A stretch of DNA of 64,000 bases from the human T2T-CHM13v2.0 reference genome, Homo sapiens (GCF_009914755.1 NC_060925.1), one strand, 5' to 3'. Positions 45,786 through 61,985 are shown, numbered from the stretch's first letter. The notes: generated by a model from the sequence alone, not told the origin. Program-made: numbers and translations.

Positions 45786-47130
45786 AAGATGTGGCCAAAT
45801 AGCTGCAGGAATGTTGGGGCATAGTAGAAAGAGCCCAGGATTAGGAGTCCGCAGACAGGATTCCAGTTCTGTCACTAGAAAGCTGTATCTCTATCTTGCT
45901 GGAATTCATCCCTTCCAGCTCTCAAGGCATTGGAATCACATCTGTGAACAGGAAAACTAGCACACCAGAGTCAGAATCAAGCAATAGTTATTTATCTAGT
46001 TCCCACCCTGTGCAAGGTACCAGGTGCTCTAAGATTCACTCCAATCCATGAAGTGCGTCTACTCTTTCACCGAGATTTGCCAGTCGTCTTTCAGGGTATT
46101 TTTCCTTGCTTTCTGGATTTGATGACTTGTCTGAAACTGAAGTTCTCTCTGGAATGACTGGACCTCTTTCACTGCAGCGTCAGGAATCTCTTGCAAAGCA
46201 AGCATGGTGAACTTCCAAGATGCTGGGCCACTGGGGGAAAGGGTGCAATTAATAATCCCTACCACTTATTGAACGTATACCAAGTGCTAGGTTTTTTACT
46301 TATGTTCCCTTTTAATCCTTTGAAATGGCTTGACTCTACTCTTATTTATGTTTTTCTGATAAGGAAACTAAGGATTAAAGAGGTTAGGTAACTTGCAGCT
46401 AGAAAACGGTCTACCTTCAAAAGCATCCTCTTGACAATTCCACTAGGACCAACACCAATACCACCGAGCCCTCGTTGCTGCCTCTTCAGCGCAGAATAGC
46501 CCACCAAGTCCACGTTTCCCTAGTCCCAAGGTCGGATGGCTGGGGAGGGTAGAGGATGCAACGGAAGGACGTTAATGGAGAATTTTGCAGGGTCTGGGAG
46601 CAGAGCAGTAAACGCAGCCCTAAGCACTGAGTATGCTACAGTTTGGTAAAATCCATCCAAGCAGCTTTGGGATCCAAGGCTTGCACTGTATCCCCAACCA
46701 ACACTAGGCAACGCCCCAAGTCCCCACACTTCCCACTCCGATAGGCGAAACTGCAAGAACCGGGAGGGGCGGCTGCGGCGTTTAGGCGCGAGGCACACAC
46801 CATACCCTTCCGCAGCTTCCCACCTCCTCCAGACGCACGTGTTTAAAGAGTCCCTGCTCCAACCGGTCCCGCCCCACCTCCGCTCGGTCTCCAGCCCTGC
46901 CTGTACTGCTGGCTTCAAGTTTCCTCCGAGAGGCGGGCGTGCACAGCTGCAGTGGCGGCGGCAGCGGCCACCAAGCGCCCGGCGGCGCTTCGCCACCCAC
47001 CTTTCCTCAGCCCCCGGCGCTGCAGTCTCCGCCCGCCGGGGAGGGCGCGCTCAGCGGAACAGGAGTCGAGGGTGGGGCGCCGAGAGGAGGGAATCCCGGG
47101 TCGCACCGCTACAGTTCTCGCAGTGGCAAA

Positions 47131-47163
47131 GGCGGCGGCGGCGGCGGCGGCAGCGGCAGCAGC
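47131..47163 (+). repeat. (GGC)7-AGC-GGC-AGC-AGC trinucleotide repeat in CNIH3 promoter/5' leader
   Basis: Directly visible: ggcggcggcggcggcggcggcagcggcagcagc. Confidence 0.95.
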
Positions 47164-47592
47164 AGGTGGAGCGAGCTACAGCGTTTGGCCTGAAACCCAC
47201 TGCTGCAGCCACCCGGGCTGGAGTTGGCCCGTTGGGTGGAGCCAGTGCTCGCCCCGGTCCGACCCCCGGTTTCCGGGACACTTGGGTTGCGGAGGCCGGC
47301 TGGCCGGAGTCACGGTTGGGGACGGGCGCGCCTCGGAGCGCACGGCTGCGCTGGAAGCCGCGTCTGGGGCGCAGGACCAACGGGACCTACCTCCTCCCGG
47401 CTACCTAAAGACTCCTTCTCTCGGGAAAGAGCGCTGCCCGGCTCTGGGATTTGGGAGGAGCTCGGAGGCCGCTCGGGCACCTCGCTGGACACTATCCGTT
47501 TGCGCCCCGGTGGCGCGGGAGGGTCCGGAGCGGAGCGCTCGTCTCTCCTCAGCGGTTTAGTGGAGAAAAGCAGAGAGCTCTTCCTGGGGCGA

Positions 47593-47865
47593 ATGGGACC
47601 TCCTCCCTCGGTCCTCCGTGGAGTCGTCGCATCGCTTGTCGTGTTGGTCTCGAGGGGCTCACAGCTTGGCACTAATTTGCAGGTGTTCGCTGCTGATTTG
47701 GTTTCTTCTTCGATTTGCGGACGGTTCCCTCCAGCGACTCTCGACACACGTTTTCCTGTCTTCGCCGGAGGGCCGGGTCTGGGGTCGCCGGAGCCTGCGG
47801 GAATCCAGCGCTTATTCGCTGACCCTCGAGTCGCTTCGCTAGCTGTGCGCCCTCCTGGGCACTAG
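47593..47865 (+). other. Candidate uORF (90 aa, MGPPPSVLRG...RPPGH) in CNIH3 leader
   Basis: Only ATG on the + strand between ~46850 and the CNIH3 ATG; context cgaATGg; stop TAG ends at 47865, 112 nt before the main ATG. Confidence 0.5.
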
Positions 47866-47917
47866 CCTGGAGAGGAGCGTGCAGACGCGGCTCCTTGGAG
47901 GGAGTGCGGTCCTCTAG

Positions 47918-48343
<426 letters not shown>

Positions 48344-51300
48344 TAACCCCTTCCTCTCCCGCCCCGTCCTCTCCTGCCGGCGGGAGGCGAAGGAGAAGCG
48401 CCGCCGTCGGTCCCGGCAATTAGTCAAGTAGCTATAATAACTAAACATTTAAAATGTCAGCATCTGTGGTGGGTTGCATTTAGATATAATTGGAGACAAA
48501 GTGGAAACACGACGGGAGCGCCTTGTAAGAGGTAGGGAGAAGCCGAGCCCACGGAGAGGAAGGAGACCAGGCGATGGGGGTCGAAGTGGAAGGCGGTGGG
48601 GGAAAGGCGAGAAGGAGAAGAGCAAGGAGGCGAGGGAGACTGGGAAGGGCAGGCATCATTAAGGCCATGGAGGAAAGTCACGAAGAGAGACCGTGGAGAG
48701 CGACGACGGTGTCCTCCATCTGCCCTCTTGGCGTCTGAAGTCCGACTCCTGAAGACCCCCTGCAGGTGGCGAACCTCCGCTAGGCCCCCAGCGTCCCCAG
48801 CCCACACAAGCTTCCTGTCACCCTTCCCGGGGCTACGCCAGGTGGAGGGCAGCCGTGGATCCCAGTTCTTTAGGTGTGGGTGGGAATAGAGGAGCGCAAG
48901 CTTCTGAATAGGGGAAGAGAAGTACTGAGAGAGCGCGCAGGAGTGCGTACGCCGGTCCTCTCAAAGACTGTGCAACATTTAGCGAGTGCATGCAACTCTC
49001 AAGGCTTCCTTCTCTGAGGTTGTTTAAGCCCCCTATCCTCACCCTCAGAGGGCTGGTGGGAAGAATGGCCAAGGCCAAATGTTTAGAAGGAGCACCCCAG
49101 TGCATAATTTCCCACCTTTAACAGCCTTGCCCTGCCCAGCGTCTAGGTGACAGAGAAGGACCCTGAGACGAATTCTTGGAGGCATGGTTCTGGTGAGCAT
49201 CACAGACTCTCATACAGTGGGGATGACCCAAAATGAAGACGTGGAGAAAATTGCAGGGTGGGTGAGATGCCCTTCTTTTCTATAAGTGGTTTGCAGAGTG
49301 AGAGTTTGTCTTAAAATAGAACTAAGCAGCTAGAGCAGCTCCTGCTACAGGGCTCTGACAGAGAGGAGAGGGGAAACTCGGGGAGGAAGGTGGCTTCCGA
49401 TCATGTAACCTTAGGAAAGACCCTTGCTGGCTTCCTTCCACATCTCTAAAGTGAGAAAATTGACCTGGATAGTCGCTAAGCTTTCCCCCATTTCTCAGAT
49501 TGTGTAAATCCGTGCATCAGTAGACTTAGGAATCTGGGGGTGACAGGGAATCCAAACATAGATATTTGGGGGATGATTAAAACAATTCCGCTATTTAGAA
49601 GTAATGGGATTTTAAACCCTCCCTTCTCTGCTCTGCAAGGCTGGGTCTAATCTATAGTAGAAAATTGAGGCTTGAAGTTGTTGACAGTTCTTAAGGGAAA
49701 AGGAAACTTACCTGATTTAGAATAGAAAGGAATACAGATTAGATCATGCCCAAGCAGTGCAGCAAACCTCTGCTAATGTGCTTTAAAGGAACTTTCTCAG
49801 CTTCTTTGGATATGGGGAGTTACTTGGATTCTAGAAGGCCAACTACTCCCTTTTCTTCTGCAATACTTCATTTGCTGTTTTCTGTTTTTGCCTTGGCCAG
49901 AGGGTGTCAGGTACCAGAGAGCTCCCTCAAACTCGAGTCTGGCTTGGAGTTCTCTGAATTGGTCCCTGAAGCAGAGCAAGTAACCAGAAAGAATCATTTT
50001 CTCTCATTCAGGGAAAGATGATTAATAATTCAAGAACAGCTTCATTGAGTGGTTTGTGCAGCTGGTTGACATTTGAGTGAAAATCAGGTGTTCCCTCATC
50101 CAGCACTGGCTCTGTCCTCCAGCTTCTCAATGCTCACCCCCTTATCGAGGGGTGGCTGAAATGCAGTCAAATTCCAACTCAGGTTTTATCCAGATTCCTC
50201 GTGGAAGTGGCAAGATTCTTGTTTCTAATAATGAAAAGAATTTGTGCGTTTTGATTTCAAATTACGGTAATAATTTCATAGTCTCAGTCCCTCCTTTCCT
50301 AGTCTTTTCCTTCTCTATCCCTTTCCCTCTCTCCAAATCAAACAACCCAAACCCCATCACACTGATTTGGTTCCTGAACATTGAACTGGGAAACCAGAGA
50401 CACCCTGATTTCAGGGCACGGTTTGTATGTCTGGGTGTTAGTTACATGGTAGTAATTATTTCAACCAAAATTGAGGAGACTTGGTTTTATGTTAGACTGT
50501 TTGCCTTCTTTCCAGCTTCTTATATTACTTATGTACTTCTTGATCGGACAAGGCATATTGATTGTGTGATATATATCAGTACCCCAAAAAATGAATTGGG
50601 CGCTTAACAACATATAGCGGTTAAAATGCCTGCCATGCTGCCATGCCTAGGCTGTAAGATACGAAGGTGGCGTGCTTTTCTTATTGAATTGTACGTACCT
50701 ACTTAGGGGTAATGATGGTAGCTACTATGTATTGGGTGTCTGCTGTAGGACAAGTTTTAAGTACTTTACAGAGGATCTCTCAGTCCAATCGTTTTCCTCC
50801 CCTTTTTTCCCACTGGATGTCTGGGAGCAAGGATGGATGTGGCCAGCCTTTCTTTCAAGTCTTGTTTTTTACTTTGAAAATTTATCTGCATTTGTTTTCA
50901 GTTGAAAATATTTCAAGTTACCCATTTATTTTATATCAGCTACTATCTCTGAGTACATTTATCACATTTGGAAGAAGCAGAAGAAAACTAGGTTTTTTCT
51001 GTGGCTTTGCATACCCTCAGGCACCTGGCCTCTTACTGCCCAGGCAGCCCTTTAGTCCTCATAACGGACATTTCGCAGATGAGGAAACTGGATCAGAGAG
51101 ATTACAAGGTTGCCTAAGGTTGCACAGCTGATATGTATTGGAGCTGGTATGCATGGACTTGAGCTAGGTCTGTGAGACTCTTAAGCCTAAGCCCTTTCTC
51201 TAACTGTAGTCACTATTTTTGGATTCATAACTTAGATAATAATTTATATCCAAAGGATTACCTTTCTCTGTATAAATGAAATTTTAGAGTTGGAATTTCT

Positions 51301-51520
51301 GATTGGGGTTACAATAGCAACAGCAACCAGACTCAAGACATGCTATATATCCTTTTTTAAAAGAGGAAAATTCTATTTATTTAAATTAGACTTCTGCTTA
51401 TAAAATGATACAGGTTCCTTGTCCAAAATTTTGAAAATACAATGATTTGTAATTAAATAAAATCATCAGTAATCTTATCCAGAAAAGATTATCTCTTGTG
51501 TATTTTAAAAAATTGCATAT

Positions 51521-51650
51521 GGCCGGGCTCAGTGGCTCATGCTCGTAATCCCAGCACTTTGGGAGGTTGAGGCAGGAGGATCACTTGAGCCTAGGAGTTT
51601 GAGACCAGCCTAGGCAACATAGTGAGACCCCATTTCTAAGAAAAAAAAAT
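51521..51650 (+). mobile_element. FLAM/Alu left monomer
   Basis: TSD aaaaaattgcat on both sides. Confidence 0.85.
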
Positions 51651-52598
51651 TGCATGTGGACGTTTAGAAGGAAAAAAAAGCGTTCTAAAGGGTTTTTGAT
51701 GTGAAGTGATATGTATTTCCAGCCAGTATAAAATGAATGGTGTTTACTCACAAGAGCCTTCTCTGCTCCGGCTCGGTTAAGCCTGTTTGCAGTGTGTCTC
51801 ATTTATATAAACACAGATGAAGCTATTCTTTGAAAAGATCAAAGATTCAGTACTGAATTTCAGGTCTTTAGCTTTTGAAGTTTTTATATTTGGAGTCACT
51901 ATGAGTTTTGACAATTTACAAATAAAATTAATTCCCAATAAAATTCCCTAGAAAGATCTGATGCACCATCTCACCTTGAAATTTCTTTGGATTCACAGCA
52001 GCATTTGCTGTTTGAGGGTTTAAATGGCCCTGGACAGGGATGACATACATATGTGCCGAGAGGCAGTTTTGTTAGAGAAGATGTCTTCATGGTGGAGTGT
52101 TTTGCCAGTTCCACCTTGTCACAGGCTCAGCCTCTGGAAGTCTAGTAAACATCTCAGTTTCTCACAGTACCCACCTGGAAACAAAAAATGGGTTTATGTG
52201 AAATGGTAGGATGCTTGGGGTTGACAATAAATAGCCTGTTTTTTTATGACCCTGCCTTGGCCTACTCAGATGAGGGTACTGCACTCACTGCCAGGTCTTA
52301 CTTGGTCTCCACTTTCTGTTCTACTTGTGATGCCCCTGTCCGTTCTGGCATCTCACTTTCAGGTGGGATGTCCGCAGCTCCAGCCTGCTCCATCCCCCTT
52401 TTATCTCCTCCCTCCGTCACTGTCCATTGCCCCACAGCTGAAGTGGAAGGAAGCTCCATGAGAGCAGGGACGTTTTCTACTTTACCATTGTTTCTCCAGA
52501 GCCCAGAACAGTGCCTGACACATAGAGAGTGTTTGGTATAAATACTCATAGGACAAATTCTTGTTTCCTTCTGGCTTGACGCATTTCCAGTTGACATA

Positions 52599-52965
52599 GT
52601 GATATGTTTTGGCTATGTTCACACCCAAATCTCATCTTGAATTGTAGCTCTCATAATCTCCACGTGTTGTGGGAAGGATCTGGTGGGAGGTAATTGAATC
52701 GTGGGGGATGGGGTTTTTTTTGTGCTGTTCTCATGATAGTGAATAAGTCTCATGAGATCTGATGGTTTTATAAAGGGCAGTTCTCCTGCACATGCTCTCT
52801 TGCTTGCCGCCATGTAAGACATGCCTTTGCTCCTCCTTCACCTTCTGCCATGATCATGAGGCCTCCTCACAGCCATGCTGAACTGTGAGTCCATTAAACT
52901 TCTTTTCTTTGTAAATTACCCAGTCTCAGGTATGTCTTTATTAGCAGTGGGAGAACAGACTAACA
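52599..52965 (+). mobile_element. THE1/MSTA MaLR solo LTR in CNIH3 intron 1
   Basis: tgatatgttttggctatgttcacacccaaatctcatcttgaattgtagctc...gagaacagactaa. Confidence 0.87.
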
Positions 52966-54049
52966 GTAACTCGTTTCTGATTTGGCTTCTGGCTGCTTCT
53001 TAAGGACTACTTTCTGGGTAGTTTGGACAATGTGCATTTTCCCCCATGCCTTGGCACTTTGAAACTTTGGAAGCTAATTATTGCAAAGAAGACTGGCCAT
53101 TGCCATGGGGTATAGGGCCCTTCTTGATGATAGTGGAGCTGGTTCTCTTTCAGAGGAGCAGATTGGGGAGAAGCACTGGCTATCCCTGGAGAGAACACCT
53201 TCTGGAAAATGTAATGTCTGGATTGATGCATGGCACCTTATCATTGTTTGCGTTGCTTGCCGCTTTATCCTTGTTTGCATTGCAATAACTCTCCCTGAAA
53301 AAGAAAGCTTACGTCATCATTGTATTTCCACTGCAGTCATGTTAGAGAGGAGAGGAGAGAAGTGTGCAGAATTCACAGGTCACCTAAAACAATCAGGAAC
53401 CAGCCCCAATCCCAACTGTTTGGTGAGGTTTCAAGGCCTCACTGGGGTTGGATGTTAGAGACACTAAAGTAACTTGTCTTTGACTTTTGAGTTACTGAAC
53501 AAACATTAAAGGCAGTGAATGTTGTGAGGCTCTTGCCAGGCAATTGGAGCTCTTGCCTATACTGGCCCTGAAGCTGTGCCCAGGCCCTTGCCTCACTCTA
53601 GCCCCTCTGGCTACCTGGTGCTTTTCCCTTCTGTATATCCACATGGCTCTGCGCTTTGCCCTCTGGACTTGTTTTCTGCTGTGGACCTCTCTCCCAGTAA
53701 GTCTGCAAACAGGTTCCTCTGGGGCCTTATTCTTCAGTAGCTGTGCTATCTGGATGGTGCCTTTGCCACCATCATCTGACTCACTCCCATGGGCCCCTCC
53801 ACTGGGCACCACTGAGGACTTGGCTCCTGGTCACTGTCCTGTCCTTGCTGTCCTGCAAGGTGCTGGGTGCTGTTGGTTATCTGACCTCCCCTCTAGTGAC
53901 CACTTCCATCTTTGTGGTCCCTGAGCCCCCTGACCTGCCCTGGACCTGCCTCTGCAGTGAGCTCCCTGTTCTCTACTCCCGCACTCTGCTGCCCCAGGGG
54001 CTCTTGGCCCTCCTTTGACTGTGGCTTTTCCTTCTTCTCTCAATGCATC

Positions 54050-55950
54050 GCTCCTCTAGGATTTACTTCCTCCTCTGTGTCATTACCCCTCATCATCCAC
54101 CACTTAGCTCCTGCTGCTGCTCTCCACTGCTGCGTCCTCTGTTTCCTGTCGCTCCTGTAGTGGATGCCTCAGTCTCCCAGGAGTCTACTCTCTTCCCTCT
54201 CTTCTCTCACCCCAGGTACCCGGGAGCTGCTGGGTCCCAGGCGGATGCACGGTTTGACCTTAGCTGGCCTCAGTATTGCCTTCTAACTCATCAGCTGGAT
54301 GTGAGTCAGTTCCTTCAGCTTCCACAACACTGTTGTAGATTGTTGTCATTTTCTCAGAGCCCCCTGAAGCTCCCAAAACTGTCCCCCACCCCTGACTGCC
54401 TCTGAGCAGATGACTTTAATTCCAGCTCCTGGAGAAGATAGAGATGATCAGACAGGGATGCCTCAGGATCCTGCCCCTCCCCAGAATTCTGATTAATGAT
54501 TTATTTTTCCTTCTCAGACTCAGAAGCAGCAGAGTCTGTCCCTCATCTGAGGCCACTTCCTCCCCTCCTAGTTATCTGTGGACATTGCTCCATCACTTTT
54601 CCCCACCTGTCTGTGTCTTCAGCCACTGCCCTTCGCAGGTCCACCCGTCCCCACCCCCTGGCAGATTCAAAGGCTGTGGTGCCTCTGAGCTGCAGACAAG
54701 CCTTTGGTCCCCAGGCCCTCTAAATGCTGCTCAACCTCTCTTCCCTTGCAGAGTGGTTTTGTCTCACCACATCCTGCCTGCCGTCACCTCTTTGGATTCT
54801 GACATCAGACACTCAGAAACCACGGAGACTAATAAAACAAAGCCCTCTGCATCCACCACTCAGAATTGGCAAGTGTCAGCATTTTGCTATTTGTGTATCT
54901 TATCTCTTTTCCAAAGACACTTGTTTCCTTTCTGGCCACCTGACTTGTGCCCCTGCCCCTTCTCAGCTCAGCACTTGATGAGGACATCAGTGGTCTGTGG
55001 CAATCTCTGGGCACCATTTAGTGCTTATCTTGGCCTCTCCGTGGCTTTGAGACTGCTGTCCGTGTCTTCTTTGCAACTGCTTTCAAATGTTGTTTTTCTG
55101 GGGCCCTGTTTCTCCTCCATCTCCCCTGTGGGTTCTTCTTTCTGTACCTTCCTCTCCATGTTGGTAGTTTCCTGGCCTCCCAGACCTGTCCCCCGACACT
55201 GACCTGTGTGTCCATGGGGCCACCTGCCCCATGCCCCACAGTTGGATCCCAGCCGAGCTTGTCTTCATGCCCTCCTCACTCCTCACAGCCCCAGTGGGTT
55301 TAGTCTTCACCCAGAGACCCTCTCTACCCCATCTGCTCCTTCTGTAGTCACCAGCCATGTCTGTCCCCTCCCTTCCATGCTTCCCATCCCTGCCTTGGTT
55401 CAGGCCCCCATTTGCTGTTTCTCAGAGCATCGTGGTCCCTTCCAAGCTGGCCTCCTTGGTTATCATCTCCCCTGGACTAAACCACCCCACTCATGGCTAC
55501 CAAGAGTGATCTAATACCTGAAAGGATCCTTCCATGTTATTCCCAGACTAAAGCTTTTTCTGGTTTCTCTCGCTTTCAAAGTTTAGAGGGCTGGGAGGAC
55601 CAGGTCCCGGTTAACTGTTTAGCCACATTTTGCATTTTCTGTGTTCCAGATATCCTCACCTTCTTGCAATTCCCAAATGGGCTGTTCTGTCTCCCTGGAA
55701 TGCTGTTCCCCACTTCATTCTTCACCCGACTGGCTCTGCTGCAGCCTTTGTCCTCTAGGAAGCCGCATTCTCCCTGGCGATCTGAGTCCACTTGTCCTCT
55801 GAACCTGTCCCCAGGTCTGAGTCCCACTGTTGTATTTGTCTCTGTGCTTGGACTATAAGCTTCTGGAGGGCAGAAACTGTTGCCCTCACTTGTGGCCTCA
55901 GTGTCCAGCATGGGGCAGTATGGTGGGAACTCAGTGATTGCCAATAAATA
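54050..55950 (-). mobile_element. Highly decayed L2-like element
   Basis: Long C/T-rich tract with antisense-L2 motifs (gctgttctgtctccctggaatgctgttccc; ctataagcttctggagggcaga; ...ccaataaat). Confidence 0.5.
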
Positions 55951-56070
55951 AGGATCTGGATAATTTATTACAGCCAGCTTAAGCTTGATAGACTCCTCCT
56001 CAATGAATACTTTCCCAGACTTACCTGGTTATGACAATCATCTGGATGCTTACTAAAAATGCACATTTTT

Positions 56071-56450
<380 letters not shown>

Positions 56451-58032
56451 TCAATCCAGAATTAAGTGGAGGGGAGATGGTGGATGGGATAGATCAGGGT
56501 CGTTGAAGGTGTGGAGGAGGGCACTGCTGGGGAGAGGTTGTGAACAACAGACACCAAAGAAGACGAGCTGTGACAGGAAAGGGCTGTCAGATGGTGACTG
56601 TAGCCCAGCAACCCATGTCTATGCCCAAAAGCAGAGGATGATGTCGAGGCTGATGCAGGGGGCTGCACGCTAGTCTCTCCAACATCACGTATGTTGATTT
56701 TGTGCTTCAAGATAGCGATCCCACTGCTATCTTGTAATACCCATTTTTTTTTTTAATCATAGATTGTGAAATACACCTTTCTTCCATCCTTTGACAACTA
56801 GGTGTAGATAGTCCCCTTGTGGGTTAGATAAGGCAGATATTAAATTCCAGGCTGAAATCCTTGCCATTCACATTGCTTCTGAGTTGCTTCTTCTTCTAGG
56901 ACCTGGAGGGTCTTTAGAAAAATAAGCTGAACTGTTTTAATCTAGAGAAGAAGCATTAAGTGAGCTCTGCTACAAATAGTGAGGTCATTTGCATGAGTAA
57001 CCAACTCAGATCTGCAGGGTTGGAACTGGTTGCTGTTTGGGATCATTCATAGCCAGAGTGTCTGCATCTTAACAGGGTTAGCTGAGGGTTGCCTGCATTT
57101 CTTAATGACACTTGGAATCTGCTTAACTCCCACAAACTGGTCACTGAAAACTCTGAATGCACAGCTAGATCCTGAACTGGTTTCTGAATACAAATCCAGG
57201 GCATAATGATCAGACTCGCAAATATTTTTAATTTGGCATAGAAAGAGAAGCAAACAGGGACATTCTTGCATATGCTAAAATAAAGCCCAAACAAAAAACT
57301 AAAAAATATATCTAAAGATTAGGCTGATAGACTGTAATGGGGCCACCACCATTTCTGTGTGCACAGTGTCCTGGGCATTAAAAGACTTGAGAATCTTGGT
57401 TAAGATGATCCCTGCTCTAGGGCATGGGGATTGAAGACTAATCTTGAGGTCTCATGGGATCGACATAAACTGCCTGTAGGATAACGTCCAAACCGCTCAA
57501 TTTGGGGTTGGAAGCCTATTACAACATAGCATTGACCTACCTCTCCAGCCGGTCTCCCACAACTCCCCATCTCACAGCCCCAACCTCACAGGTAGACTTT
57601 ATTGCACCGTAGATATGTCTATTTATTCTTTCTACAAGCAGAGCCTTCTTGCCTCTTGGATCTAAGTTTTCCATGTGCTGTCACTGACGAGCCTGGGTCT
57701 CATCATCAGCAACTCTGCTCACTCCAACCTACCACAGGCTCCTACAACCTGGCAAACTTGTGTGGGTTGTTTGTTCTTCTCCAGGTACAAACCTGTGTTC
57801 TTACACACTTCTGTGTGCCTGTGCCTGGACTTTCTAAGTGAAGCAGGGGTGGATGGAGAACAGGGCCCTTGGTGTCCAGTATATGTGTTCACGGGACTTA
57901 GGAGGACATGGTGGACACGTGTTGAGCGCATGACTGATGGTGGCTCTCAGACTGACCATGAAAGCAGAAAAAAGTCACCTCTTTGGTAGCCTCATTCTGG
58001 CTTATGAACCCAGAAGCTTGTGGGTCTCATTC

Positions 58033-58323
58033 TTTTTTTTGTTGTTTTGAGACGAGGTCTGGCTCTGTCACCCAGGCTGGAGTGCAGTGGTGCGATCTCG
58101 GCTCACTGCAACCTCTGCCCCCGGGTTCAAGCAATTCTCCTGCCTCAGCCTCCTGAATAGCTGGGATTACACGTGCCACCACACCCAGCTAATTTTTGTA
58201 TTTTTAGTAGAGACGGGGTTTCACCATGTTGTTCAGGCTGGTCTCGAACTTCTGACCTTGTGATCCTCCCGCCTCGGTCTCCCAAAGTGCTGGGATTACA
58301 GGCGTGAGCCACCGCACCTGGCC
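58033..58323 (-). mobile_element. AluS
   Basis: TSD tgtgggtctcattcttt on both sides. Confidence 0.92.
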
Positions 58324-59064
58324 TGTGGGTCTCATTCTTTTGAAGAAAAGAGGGAGCCTGTGACTTTGGGGACAGTGGTGGCTGGCTGCAGGAGCCACGT
58401 CTGGCTAGGATGGTATGTCTGGCAGTGTGCAGTGGGTCCTGTGTACACTAGCAGACCCGTGGGGACTGAGGCCCGCTCCTGCAGTCTGCTCTGTGACTCT
58501 GGAAGGGGAGTCAATGCGCTGCCATCTCGGACCCACGAGTCAGTCTGATAATGAGGCTCAGGGGCCCGGGGTGCTGTTGTCAGAGGGAATGGCTTCTCTC
58601 TCCAGGGGGCTGCCTGCTTTCTGCCACTGCCACGATGGGCCTTGGCACTCCTGCTTGGGACACGGGCTCTGAGAACAGAACCTTTCATCACCACCTGAGT
58701 CTCAGAAGCCATTGTCTTGAAAGAATGATTAGATTACTCCAGCCGAAGGATTGATACAGGCCCTGTTGCTGGTCAGCAAATGGAGGGCAGGGGCTGTCTC
58801 TTTTACCTCTGCCTCTGGAATGTGTATAGGCACTAATTGAGTTTGAATCAGACTGGGTATTTCTGTTCAGACTCTATTGTTTAATAGTCTAGCCCAGATC
58901 TAGACTTAGCCCACCCTGTCAAGTTATTCATTTTCTCTAGTTCTATCCTGCTTCTACGCTTCGCTCAACTGTCTCTGTATTCGCCGGCTACCTGAGAGCA
59001 AAAGGGATCTCACCCTACCCTGCAGTTTCTACTTGGGGCTCAGTCTGGCTCCCTTAACTTAAAA

Positions 59065-60500
<1,436 letters not shown>

Positions 60501-61704
60501 TTTTGTGGCTCCTGTGATATTACAGGCAGAAACTCTTGGTCCTCAGTCTTTGCTGCACAGACTCTGCTCTTTCTTGACCCTCTGGCCCCTGATGGTTGCT
60601 GTCTCTCTGCTGTCCTCTCTCGGCTGGAGCAACAGCAGGACCCACTTCATGCATTTGCTTAAGTATCTGGTCTGTTTTACTACATTTCTTAGAAACTTCA
60701 CGTCTTATAAGTGAACAAAATAGTTATAAAATCTTTATTCAAGGTTTTGCATTAAGGTCTAGTTGTGAGAAGTTATAAATGGTCCTTAAACCGATATTTT
60801 ATTGAAGACAACTCTTGGGCTTTGCCAGGGAGTTTGCCTCATGATTACAGTTGTTTCTTCCAGAGGATTTCACCAGGAAGAGAGTAGCGGTGTTTCCCAT
60901 GATTTTAAGGCTGTGAATGTTTTTGGCTTTGCGAGAACTGAGGAATGCACCTGCCATTAAGCACAAAGGGCATCTTGCCAAGAATTTTGTTATTGTTCAT
61001 TAAAACCTTATTTGCATTTCTGCTCTCAGATCAGTGCAAAGGGTTAGCACATCTGTGGTTGAGGAGGAGAGAGTGTGGACCAGGCGGCCTTACCTGTGCT
61101 GCAGAGGAGCTGAAGTCTTACACTTCCATATTTGCCCCTAAGCTGGGGGTTGTTGGGGGCATGGAAATGAAGTAGGTTGTTAGCTCACTGGGAGACAATT
61201 TGGGGGATGATTTATTTTTTAATGTTTTTCAGCTGCCTTGAGTCACAAACGTGATTTAAAAAACAACCAGATTTGTAAAAAGGTAGTTTCTCTCTCACAC
61301 ATGTACACAATTACCACCGCAACAAAAAATTCCATAGCAATGCACATCCCACACTTACCTGGCCATATATTTTGTGGAGGATAGAATTTGCTTTTCTTCT
61401 TCCTCCTGGGGTAAGGGTGGGAGGTGGAGAATGCTTATGGGCCCATTTGCAGTTAGCACTCTTTGGGCTGAATGCCTTAGTGGGAACAATTAATCACACA
61501 TTTATTCAACCATCATTTGCTTCTCACCATCCAGAGGCTTCTGGCCAAGGGCTCCCAACTCTGTTTTTGTGGGTGCTTGTGAGTGTAATTAACACCTGAA
61601 ACTGCCTTCAGGTGAGTGAGGTGGGTGGTTTCTGCCCTTGGGGTATGCTGTCTGGCCAGAATGGAGCTGTAATTTCTGATCCTTTGCAGTGTCTGTAAAA
61701 ACCG

Positions 61705-61985
61705 AATCCCAGCGCTTCGGGAGGCTGGGGCAGGCGGATCATGAGGTCAAGAGATTGAGACCAGCCTGGCCAACATGGTGAAGCCCCATCTCTACTAAAA
61801 ATAGAAAAATTAGCCGGGCGTGGTGGTGCGTGCCTGTCATCCCAGCTACTCGGGAGGCTGAGGCAGGAGAATCACTTGAACCCAGGAGGTGGAGGTTGGT
61901 TGCGGTGAGCTGAGATTGTGTCACTGCACTCTATCCTGGGCGACAGAGTGAGACTCCACCTCAAACAACAACAACAACAACAAAA
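61705..61985 (+). mobile_element. AluS, 5'-truncated, (CAA)n tail
   Basis: Alu consensus match. Confidence 0.9.

Noticed and set aside
45900-46900. Divergent antisense lncRNA from the CNIH3 promoter
   Set aside because: Plausible for a CpG island, but no exon structure can be supported from sequence alone.
54444-55202. 252-aa plus-strand ORF in intron 1
   Set aside because: Lies in a pyrimidine-rich decayed L2-like tract; S/P/L/C-biased with no domain.
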